Assembly (NCBI GenBank): GCA_026936335.1
Contig: JAPMXV010000046.1
Location: 62,001-126,000, forward strand
Direction: 5' to 3'
Origin: Mantamonas sphyraenae STR306
Taxonomy: Eukaryota; Protista; CRuMs
Length of the DNA: 64,000 nt
The notes beneath the pieces are model-generated. The model was not told the DNA's origin. It saw nothing but the letters and a program-made list of their open reading frames with translations, and made no database searches. Below are positions 55,688 through 64,000 of the stretch, in pieces (positions within the stretch are counted from its first letter, which is position 1; each line of letters opens with the position of its first letter). Both the position numbers and the translations under genes were made by a program.

Positions 55688-56560
55688 TCATTCCTTGCTC
55701 ACGATCCACTCGGGGAAAGGAGATCCGTCTTGGCGTTGCAACCAGTTGGCCTCATCCCACGTGTCCTTGCCGTTGCCATCAATAGCGTGCAACGTGAAGG
55801 CGTTGCGTGGCTTCTCCGACCGATTGTCGTAGGACTGGTGCACCAGTGCGCCATGGAGGAGGATGGCTGTTCCAGAGGGCACCTCAACTGGCACGTACTC
55901 TTCCTGGGCATAGTCCACGGGCCGGCGAGCGTTGTTGTCGTCCACATCGACGCATTCTGTGGATCCCTTGCCGTCACGGACAAAGCGTTGGGGAATTCCT
56001 GTCTTGTGCGAGCCTGGGACCACATACAAGCACCCGTTCTCCACGGTGGCGTCATCCAGCGCCACCCAAATGGCGGTCAGCGAATGAGCGGAATCCCACA
56101 GAAAAGTGGAGTCCATGTGCGGCAGCACTTCGCTCCCAATGCTCGGGTTCTTCATGATATACATGCTCTGAACCACGTGTGGGTCACTGAGACCAGCCAC
56201 GTCTGTGTAGCATCTCTTCATCGACTTTTGGTAGCAAATCGACCGGAAAACGTCGTCCAGCTCGTGCATGGCATGGCCAATCTTGTTGATGGACAGTGTC
56301 AGGTCTTGCACCAGGTTTCCCTGTTCGTCAAACGCGTCCTGCTCGTAAAACAGCCTGATCTTGTCGCCGGACTCCAGAAAGTAGGCGTCCCGAGAGTGCT
56401 CGCCGCTCTTGAACGTTCCAATGCTCTCGTGCTCGCTGTACAACTCGTTGATCAGTTCCACGGCACGTTCACGCATGCGCTGCACGTCTTCCGCAGAAAG
56501 CACGTCCGGCAACACGCAGTAGCCGTTGTTTGCAAAAAATTCTGCGTCGTCTTGGCTCAT
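55688..56560 (-). CDS. PHYHD1: Phytanoyl-CoA dioxygenase domain protein
   Basis: YFLESGDKIRLFYE, SINKIGHAMH, QSMYIMKNPSIG..PHMDSTFL, WVALDDATVENGCL, LVHQS..NRS..R. Confidence 0.88.
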   Translation of the reverse strand: MSQDDAEFFANNGYCVLPDVLSAEDVQRMRERAVELINELYSEHESIGTFKSGEHSRDAYFLESGDKIRLFYEQDAFDEQGNLVQDLTLSINKIGHAMHELDDVFRSICYQKSMKRCYTDVAGLSDPHVVQSMYIMKNPSIGSEVLPHMDSTFLWDSAHSLTAIWVALDDATVENGCLYVVPGSHKTGIPQRFVRDGKGSTECVDVDDNNARRPVDYAQEEYVPVEVPSGTAILLHGALVHQSYDNRSEKPRNAFTLHAIDGNGKDTWDEANWLQRQDGSPFPEWIVSKE

Positions 56561-56606
56561 CTTTTGGGCTTTGCTGCCCCGCGCGGCGCGTCCAAACAAA
56601 ATAGTG

Positions 56607-58268
56607 ATGACGACACGCTCCTCTCTCGCCATCTTTTTCGCTGCCTCTCTGCTTGTTTCTGCACTGGCCCACGTGGACATCCACTTTGAGCCGCTGCAGC
56701 GCATCGACGACGGTCCGGAACTGCGCGACGCCGCAGCGGACAAGATCACCAACCTGCCGTGTGAGTTGCAAAGAAACGGGCGTGAGGCTTGCTTGACACG
56801 CCGCGGGTGTGGATGGCAGCAGGCGCCGCGGTGGACACTGACACGGGTGTGCTTGTGTGTGTCAAACGCGACGACGCGCGTTCCTCCAACGGCGCATTTT
56901 TGCGTGGATGGATCGTGTCGGTGACGATGGACCACGACACGACGTACAGACGTGAAGGGCAACCTGGACTTTGACATGTACTCGGGCTATGTGACGGTGG
57001 ACGAAGCCCACGGTCGCCAACTGTTCTACTGGTTTGCAGAGAGTGCAAACCAGCCGTCGACGGATCCGCTGGTGGTGTGGCTGAACGGAGGCCCCGGCTG
57101 CTCGTCGCTGGGAGGCCTGCTGACAGAGAACGGTCCACTGTGGGCCGGATGCAACGGTGACTGCGTGGAGACCAACCCGTACAGCTGGAACCGAGTGGCC
57201 AACGTGATCTGGATCGAGTCGCCGGCTGGTGTGGGCTTCTCCTACAGCAACACGACATCGGACTACACCGTGGGCGATGCTCGCACCACGGAGGACCTCG
57301 TGACTTTTATGCAGGGATTCCTCAAGCGCTTCCCGCAGTTCAGCGAGAGCCCCCTGTGGGTGACCGGCGAGTCGTACGGCGGCCACTACGTGCCCAACTT
57401 TGCGGCGGGACTGGTGCGTGCCAACGAGGCAGGCAAGGCCAAGTTCAACTTTAAGGGCTTCATGGTGGGCAACGCATGGACAGTGGCCGAGATTGACAAC
57501 CGCGGTACTGCCAACGACTGGTACTCGCACAACCTCATCAGCAAGGCCACCATCGACGGAATCAACCAGTATTGCAACTTCTCGGACATCGGACCCCTCA
57601 AAGCCAACGAGTTTGAGGCATCGATGGTGGGCAACGCAGACTGCAGCAGCTACACGTACGAGGCCTCCCAGGAGATGGGCAACATCAACATCTACGAAAT
57701 CTACGCAGATGTGTGCCACAAGCAGGGCATGAACCAGGCAGACATGCTGCGCGCTTACCTGTCGGACATGAAGAACAGTGTGCACCGCATGCCAGAGCAG
57801 CAGCCGGCCGGGGATGCCACTCCGACGGATCCGTGCATCGGCAACTGGGCTCAGACTTACCTGAACAAGCCTGAGGTGCAGTCGGCCATCCATGCTCGCA
57901 AGTTCAGCTACCAGTGGACAGACTGCTCGCCGCGCGTGCAGTACAGCCGTTCCGACCTGCTGAGCAGCATGCTGCCCACGTACGAGTTTCTGCTGAGCAA
58001 GAACATCAAGATGCACGTGTACAGCGGCGATGTGGACGGCATTGTTGCCACTCCGGGCACTCGGGAGTGGATGGCCAAGCTCAACCCAAAGGTCACCGAC
58101 CATTGGCGCCCGTGGTCCAGCGGCGGCCAGGTGGGCGGCTACGTCCAATACTACAACAACGGCTTGTCTTTCAACACAGTGCGTGGTGCGGGACACATGG
58201 TGCCGGGTATCCAGCCCCAGCGTGCGTTTGACATGTTCTCTCGCTTCCTGGCCAACAAGCCCCTGTGA
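56607..58268 (+). CDS. Secreted serine carboxypeptidase (S10); exons 56607-56760, 56950-58268
   Basis: Signal peptide, ITNLP|Y, WLNGGPGCSS, GESYGG, YSGDVDGIV, GAGHMVP. Confidence 0.93.
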
Positions 58269-58382
58269 TGATCGTGTGCAAGATTCCACAATGAACAAGG
58301 ATTTCCAACAACAACAACAACAGCAACAGTCACTTGTTCCATCCATGTGTGTGCGCACGGTGGGGCAACCCGCCAAAAGGAG

Positions 58383-58611
58383 ATGAGGAGACCGCGCCAG
58401 TCGCCAAGTCCGCTTATCACGCGGCAGCGCATCATCTACCTCCTTGGATTCACGTTTGCCTTGTACATGGTCTACCTGAGCATGTTTGTCAGCCGAAGTG
58501 GCCACGCAGATGGTAAGCATGTCCAGGGTGGCCAAGGGCAGGTCTCAACCCGCTATCGCGTCGACGACGCCGCCTCCTCAAGCTCGCTGGATCAAGACGA
58601 ACAGAGCAACA

Positions 58612-58642
<31 letters not shown>

Positions 58643-60333
58643 CGAGTACAACTCCACGAACAAGGGGGATGAAAAGGACAACGATGACAAAGATGAAAAG
58701 GCCAGCAGCAGCTCCACCTCGTCCTCCACGGCTGACAAGGAGGCGGAAGACGAGGACGAGGAGACGCCAGCCCCGAAACCCACGCCCGAGGCCAAGCAGG
58801 ACGCCCAGGAGCGCCCAAGCGACTCTTCAAGCACAGGCGCCACGCATCCAGACGTCACCATCGACGCAGTCGCCAAGAACAACGCGGCGTATTTTGAACA
58901 CACCAGCAAGAAAGAGGACGAGGACGCGGAAGACGTGGACGATGGTGCGCGCGCCCTTGGGCCACATTGGGCCCCGAATTTTCCCCCTCCCCCACGCACA
59001 CCTGCCCGCGTTTTCACATGTGTCGATTGTGGTGCATGAGATGCACGCGTGGCAGTGGTGTGTGTGGAGTCGCGCTTGTTTCCGCTTGGCCAGAGAGAGA
59101 CTGACACGGGAGCGCGATCGCGCAGCATACACCTTTTGGAGCAACGACTTTCACATCTCGCCCATTGCCGATCTGAAGGACATCTTCAAGGAACTGAAGA
59201 TGAACGTGATCGACAAGAGCTTCTCGGGCCATTGCCACATGAAGGGCACGTGTGCGCAAGGGGTGCAGGTGATCAACAGGGACAACGGCATCACACTGCA
59301 CCCAGACCCGTGCAACACGCGCAGGAGGTTCTTTGACGCCTACAAAGACAACGCAGAGATGAACACGGTGGATGCATTTGTGTGCAACCACCCAAGTGCC
59401 ATGTGTGAACTGTTTATGCCGTTCAACCGCTCGCTGATTGTCTACGCCACCACTCGCTTTGAAATGGGCCGCCACGACCCGAAATACTGGACAGAGTGGG
59501 TGGAAAACGTGAGGCGCATTGCACGCAATCCTCGCAACGTCATTGCAGCCAACAACCTGTACGACGCAGAGTACGTAAAGTACTTTACGGGCCTGAAGGA
59601 CGTGCTGGTCATCCCCAACTATTGCGGATACACAAACGTGCAGTACAACCCGAGCCGCCCGGAAATCCTGATTGGGCCCAGCCATTCGGATGGTGGTCTT
59701 ATGAACGAGCTCAAGGCAGCAGGGGCCGCCAGTGGCAACAAGTTCATCTTTGCACACATCCGCGAAAAGTACCCGCACTACGAGTTTACCGACCTGGCTG
59801 CACATCCGGCCATTGTCAATCTGCCCTACCAGGTCTCAGTCATGTCCTTCTTTGAATACTATCGCATGAACATTCCCCTGTTCTTCCCGTCGCTGGACCT
59901 GCTGGCCAAGTGGCATCACGAGCGCGCCATCCTCAAGGAACGCACCTGGGACCGCGTCTATGGCAAACCTGCGGCCCAATCAGCCATCTCCAGGCATCCC
60001 GAGTCGGACATCCCTTACGACCCCAACAACGAGTTTGACCTGGACGCCATCCGCTACTGGGTCAAGTATTCGGACTTTTACCAATGGCCGCACGTGCAGA
60101 TTTTCGACTCGTGGGACGACCTCATCGACAAGCTGGGAAAGGCCGACTTGAAAGCCATCTCGGCAAAGATGGCCGAGCACAACAAGAAAGCCAAGGACGA
60201 TCTCAAGTCCCTGTGGCGCCGTCTGTTCAGGCGCATGTTCCACGGCCGCAAACCTGGCTCAGCAACCTCTCCGGCTTCGTTTGATGTTGCCATGAAGGAT
60301 CTGTACGATGCCGAGGTGCCTGAGCACTGCTAG
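58383..60333 (+). CDS. Type II membrane protein with acidic stem and uncharacterised glycosyltransferase-like luminal domain; exons 58383-58944, 59126-60333
   Basis: Basic N-tail + TM + D/E/S stem; domain with WSNDFHISPIADLK, HPSAMCELF, HPAIVNLPYQVSVMSFFEYYRMNIPLFFPS. Confidence 0.65.
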
Positions 60334-60425
60334 AGCGGAAGAAGGCAGGCGTGCGAAACACCCAGTGTATTTACAGTAAACGATGGTCGACACCCACTCA
60401 TCTCATCTCATGTCGAGCACTCCCA

Positions 60426-61256
60426 TCACATTGCAGCAGCGAGGCTGGCCACAAAGGCGCGGAACTCACGCAGGCCATGGCCTGAATGAGCGCTGACGGC
60501 CCAAACCTGCGGATAGGCAACGGGCATGGCCTGATCGACCACTTCTTGAGTTTCACGCACCACTTGCTCCAGCTTGGGGGCTTTGCACTTGTCCGTCTTG
60601 GTGAGCACAAGCTGGAAGGGCAGGCCGTGCGAGTACAAGGTGCCCAGCAGCTCCAAATCGACTGCCTTGCACCCGTGCCGTGCGTCAATCAGCACCATTG
60701 TATGCGACAGACTGGGACTGTTCTGAAGGTACCGCATGCTGAGCTGTTGCCACGAGCGCACAGTGGCCTTGGGTGCTTTGGCGTACCCGTACCCGGGAAG
60801 ATCCACAAGCTGCAGTCCGCGCACGTGCGCGCTGCCAAACACGTTGATTGTCTGGGTTCGCCCGGGTGTGTTGGATGTCCGACACAGTTTGCTGTTTTCC
60901 GTCAATGCGTTCACCAGGGACGACTTGCCCACGTTGGAGCGGCCCAGAAAAGCAAGTGTCCGTGTTGTTCCCGCTTTTCCTCGCTCCAGTGCCAGCCTCT
61001 CCTCCACTTGCTCCTCTGTGGCCAAACAATCTACAATGTCCCATGGCTTTGTCCTCACTGCTTCTGCCATGGCCCATTCAGCCTTGGAAAAGCGGTGCGC
61101 CGCCCCCAGTTCATGCCTCTGCTGCGCCTCTCCCATGGACTCGTGCTCCTCCATGGCCTCTACCACCTCCCTGCCGCTTTCTGTACCAAATCTCCTCCTG
61201 CAACCAACCATGGAGTGTGCTCGCGTGCCCATCCGGCTTCCCCTTCGTGCAAACAT
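60426..61256 (-). CDS. engB: EngB/YihA/YsxC family GTPase (GTPBP8-like, probably mitochondrial)
   Basis: G1 GRSNVGKSS, G2 TPGRTQTIN, G3 DLPGYG, G4 TKTD; presequence-like MFARR. Confidence 0.9.
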   Translation of the reverse strand: MFARRGSRMGTRAHSMVGCRRRFGTESGREVVEAMEEHESMGEAQQRHELGAAHRFSKAEWAMAEAVRTKPWDIVDCLATEEQVEERLALERGKAGTTRTLAFLGRSNVGKSSLVNALTENSKLCRTSNTPGRTQTINVFGSAHVRGLQLVDLPGYGYAKAPKATVRSWQQLSMRYLQNSPSLSHTMVLIDARHGCKAVDLELLGTLYSHGLPFQLVLTKTDKCKAPKLEQVVRETQEVVDQAMPVAYPQVWAVSAHSGHGLREFRAFVASLAAAM

Positions 61257-61307
61257 TGCCCAACACAATCCGTTGGCCAAACCAGAGGCAATCGCTCCTT
61301 TTCTTTC

Positions 61308-61310
<3 letters not shown>

Positions 61311-61356
<46 letters not shown>

Positions 61357-61360
61357 TCTC
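61311..61360. repeat. (TC)n microsatellite
   Basis: About 24 TC units in the spacer upstream of engB. Confidence 0.92.
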
Positions 61361-61366
61361 CCTGTC

Positions 61367-62980
61367 TTAATTGCCGGCTTGTGCATCCACTGCGGCAATG
61401 GTGTGGTGAACAACCTCCTGCAGCTCGTCGAGATCGGTCTTGAGCACGTTGAGCTGTCGAGTGTAGTACTCGACGCTCTCACGGCTCTCCTTCCACTTGG
61501 CCTTAAACTCTTTGCGCTCGTGGTTGACCTTCTCCAGCCGATCGCCCAACTTCTTTGCCTCCTGCTCGCAGGCAACGTGCTCGCTGTACGCCTTTTCGTA
61601 CAGGTACTTCTGGTGCTGGTACTCCTGCTCCAGCACCTGTTCCTGCTTCGCCAGGTCCTTCTTGTACTTGCGCATGTTCTTCAGCTCCTTCTTCAGCTCC
61701 AGCTTGCGGCGGTTCTCCACCTCAAACTCGTGCTTCGCCGACTGGTACTCCTCCTGGATGGCCACATTCGCGTCGCACGCCTGTGCGTACTCCCGCTTCT
61801 GCTTCTTCAGCTGCGCCTTGAGCTTCTTCAGCTGCGACTGATACGTGTCCCGCTGGTGCGTGCGTTCCGCAAGATCGTGCTTCACCTTGACAAAACGCAC
61901 CGTAAACTCCTCCAGCAGTGCGTCACGGCCCGTGCGATGCGACAGCTTCTCACTGCTTGCTTGTTGCTCCGCAAACGTCAGCTTGTGTGGCGAGCGCGAG
62001 GCCCCACCCAGGTCCAGCGAGCGACCGTGCGCAGGTGCGCTTTGAGGACGCTTGCGACGGCCCTTGCTGCTGCTGCTCATGTCCATGTGGGATGCGTGGT
62101 AGCTACTGCTGGCTCCTCCCTGGCGTCCGGGCGATCGCTGCTGAGCCCCCTTGCGTCCACGTCCAGACGCAGACGCCGTGCTTGGGCGCGTGGACCCTCG
62201 CTTTCCGCCTCCGCTGCGCGAGTTGCGCGATGCTGCTGCAGACTTTTCCACAAAGATCCCTCCGTTGTCTTCTTCCTCGCTGTCCTCCTCCAGTGTCTTG
62301 CTCAGGCCGTCGCCGTAGTTCACAGTGCTAAATCGCGTCACACCCCCTCCGTCGTGCCGTCCACGTCCTCCATGGCTGCTCGTCGTGCCAGTGCCACCCA
62401 TGCTTCCCCCGTATCCACTCCCCTGCACATTCGTGTTCACGCCGCCGGCCTCGCTGCTTGCCACGCCCGTGCCGCGTGCCTTTTTGCTCTTGCCTTTTTT
62501 CGATTTGCTTTTCGTGCTTTTCAGACTCACTGGCTCACTCGCCATGCCGCCCATGCCTCCTTGCGACACACGCGACGATCCGCCTCCGCGTCCACCGTTG
62601 CTCGTGTCCTTTCCACTGCGTGTCACTCCTCCTCCGTTGCCTCCTCCTCCGCCCTGGCGTCGACCCCGGCTCCCGCCGCCGCTCATTTGGCCGTTGGAAA
62701 ATCCGCCCTCGCTCCCTCCCCCGCTTGCCTTGCTACTGGGAGTCCCTGCGCTTGTCGCCTCGCCTCCATCGTTCCCATTGCTCAGTGCGTCCAAGTAGCT
62801 TCCACTTCCGCTTCCCGTGCTGGTCTGCGTGCCGCCCATCACCGCGTCGTAGTCCGTGTCATTTTCTGACAAGTTGCTTCCTCCCTGGGCCTCGCCCACG
62901 CTCCCTGTGCTGATGCCCAGGCGCGCCAGCTCCGAGTCCAGTTCCCGATCCAAGTTCAAGTACGACGAGTTGTTGGCCAT
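61367..62980 (-). CDS. Gly/Ser-rich low-complexity protein with C-terminal coiled coil (537 aa)
   Basis: Long ATG ORF; RPSTA/RPQSAP motifs; heptad-rich last ~190 aa. Confidence 0.65.
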   Translation of the reverse strand: MANNSSYLNLDRELDSELARLGISTGSVGEAQGGSNLSENDTDYDAVMGGTQTSTGSGSGSYLDALSNGNDGGEATSAGTPSSKASGGGSEGGFSNGQMSGGGSRGRRQGGGGGNGGGVTRSGKDTSNGGRGGGSSRVSQGGMGGMASEPVSLKSTKSKSKKGKSKKARGTGVASSEAGGVNTNVQGSGYGGSMGGTGTTSSHGGRGRHDGGGVTRFSTVNYGDGLSKTLEEDSEEEDNGGIFVEKSAAASRNSRSGGGKRGSTRPSTASASGRGRKGAQQRSPGRQGGASSSYHASHMDMSSSSKGRRKRPQSAPAHGRSLDLGGASRSPHKLTFAEQQASSEKLSHRTGRDALLEEFTVRFVKVKHDLAERTHQRDTYQSQLKKLKAQLKKQKREYAQACDANVAIQEEYQSAKHEFEVENRRKLELKKELKNMRKYKKDLAKQEQVLEQEYQHQKYLYEKAYSEHVACEQEAKKLGDRLEKVNHERKEFKAKWKESRESVEYYTRQLNVLKTDLDELQEVVHHTIAAVDAQAGN

Positions 62981-63075
62981 GACCGCACAATGTCAAAAAT
63001 TGGACAAAGAGAAATTTGTTTTGGGTGCTGCGCCGCTTCGCTCGTGGCCACCCATTCAACCTCACCCCTGCCATC

Positions 63076-64000
63076 TCACCCTCGCCGAAACAAGCCTCCA
63101 CTTCTCTTTGCTTGCGGCAGACTCTTGCCTGCTTTTGACACTGCAGGCAGACTCGGTGCCACGGGCGGTTTCTCTGTGTCCATCCACAGCGACGACGCGT
63201 CCACAGTGCCACCTGTGCTCGTCGACGTCGTCGTCATGGTCGTTGTCGATGTCATAGTTGTTGTTGTCGTCGTCGACCTTGTGGCCGTTCCGCCGCCCAT
63301 TGCACTGCGGCTGTCGTGACGGTAACTTGGCATCTCCGCCTCGGGCGATGCCTTGCGTGTCACAGACACCCGCTGAGCTGAGCGACCACGTGCTGTCGAC
63401 GCCCCAGATGCACTTGACCTTGACGATACACCTGCAGAGCCGTTGGCAGACGAGCCCGAGCTCTGCGATCCACGCGAGCTGCGCGAACTGGCACTGCCAC
63501 TGCGCGACGTTGTCCTCTTTGTTTTGCGTCCCTTGCTCCTGCCTCGCGACGATCCGCGCGACGATCCACGCGACGATCCACGGCTTCCTGTGGATCCACG
63601 GGAACCAATGGACGACGTCGACGACCGCGAATTGGTGCGAGTCAACAACTGGCCCTGCCTTGACACACGTCCCGTGGCCAATGACAACTCGTGTGCTTCC
63701 ATCTCTGCTTGCAATTGCTCCTTGCTCACGCCAAGGCGGTCAAACGCAGTGTCACGCACCCCGAGCAGCATGATGGGCATGTCGTTGCGCAGCCACTCTC
63801 CCAGGAGCACATTGTAGTACCGCGGCGTTTCAAAGAACGTCTCATACTCTGCATAACGCGGCGTAGGAAACACTCGGCGAAACTCGCCCCGCCGGTGGTA
63901 CTCATCAATGGTCTCGCGCAGCACCTCCAGATCCGCCGGCTGCAGATCCGCCAGCGGCGACTCGCCAGACAACATCACAGCCTGGCGCTTCTCCCGAAAC
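63076..64000 (-). CDS. Tubulin polyglutamylase TTLL4/5-like, C-terminal part (runs off the window)
   Basis: DLEVLRETIDEYHRRGEFRRVFPT..YETFFETPRYYNVLL resembles the post-catalytic TTLL4/5 segment. Confidence 0.65.
   Translation of the reverse strand, partial: FREKRQAVMLSGESPLADLQPADLEVLRETIDEYHRRGEFRRVFPTPRYAEYETFFETPRYYNVLLGEWLRNDMPIMLLGVRDTAFDRLGVSKEQLQAEMEAHELSLATGRVSRQGQLLTRTNSRSSTSSIGSRGSTGSRGSSRGSSRGSSRGRSKGRKTKRTTSRSGSASSRSSRGSQSSGSSANGSAGVSSRSSASGASTARGRSAQRVSVTRKASPEAEMPSYRHDSRSAMGGGTATRSTTTTTTMTSTTTMTTTSTSTGGTVDASSLWMDTEKPPVAPSLPAVSKAGKSLPQAKRSGGLFRRG

Noticed and set aside
1-64000. Alternative genetic code or stop-codon reassignment
   Set aside because: Conserved genes translate correctly in the standard code and end at TAA, TAG or TGA; interruptions are explained by introns or 1-nt indels.
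1-64000. rRNA, tRNA or transposable elements
   Set aside because: Nearly all sequence is accounted for by exons, introns and short spacers; I saw no cloverleaf, rRNA, transposase/RT or terminal-repeat signatures.

Overview
Very gene-dense, GC-rich eukaryotic (protist-like) nuclear DNA using the standard code and GT-AG spliceosomal introns. About 27 protein-coding genes with intergenic spacers mostly 6-180 bp. No rRNA, tRNA, CRISPR array or transposon is evident. Housekeeping genes include SETD9-like, FKBP/TPR, ATP11, RRG7-like, UNC50, RPS11, PRP22, RPB8, EF-Ts, PHYHD1, an S10 carboxypeptidase, EngB and a partial TTLL. The main discovery is a 16-kb kinesin locus (39.7-55.7 kb) with five kinesin-family genes and about 11 motor-fold domains. 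(1) A ~1403-aa stalk-less protein of four tandem kinesin-3-like heads that keep the P-loop lysine and microtubule-binding elements but have all lost the switch I Arg and switch II Glu. (2) A 1493-aa protein with one apparently intact head followed by three or more degenerate heads. (3) A P-loop-less pseudo-kinesin. (4-5) Two catalytically intact kinesins. Other notable genes are a NALCN/Cch1-like four-domain channel (EEEE filter, charged S4s), a ~3220-aa IQ-WD40-pseudokinase-helical-repeat protein, a nesprin/interaptin-like CH-CH/coiled-coil/tail-anchor protein and an ER-type JmjC protein. All seven divergent gene pairs have only 46-70 bp between start codons. Six single-base homopolymer indels break four genes and are probably long-read assembly errors. 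Family assignments come from motif recognition by eye, not database searches.
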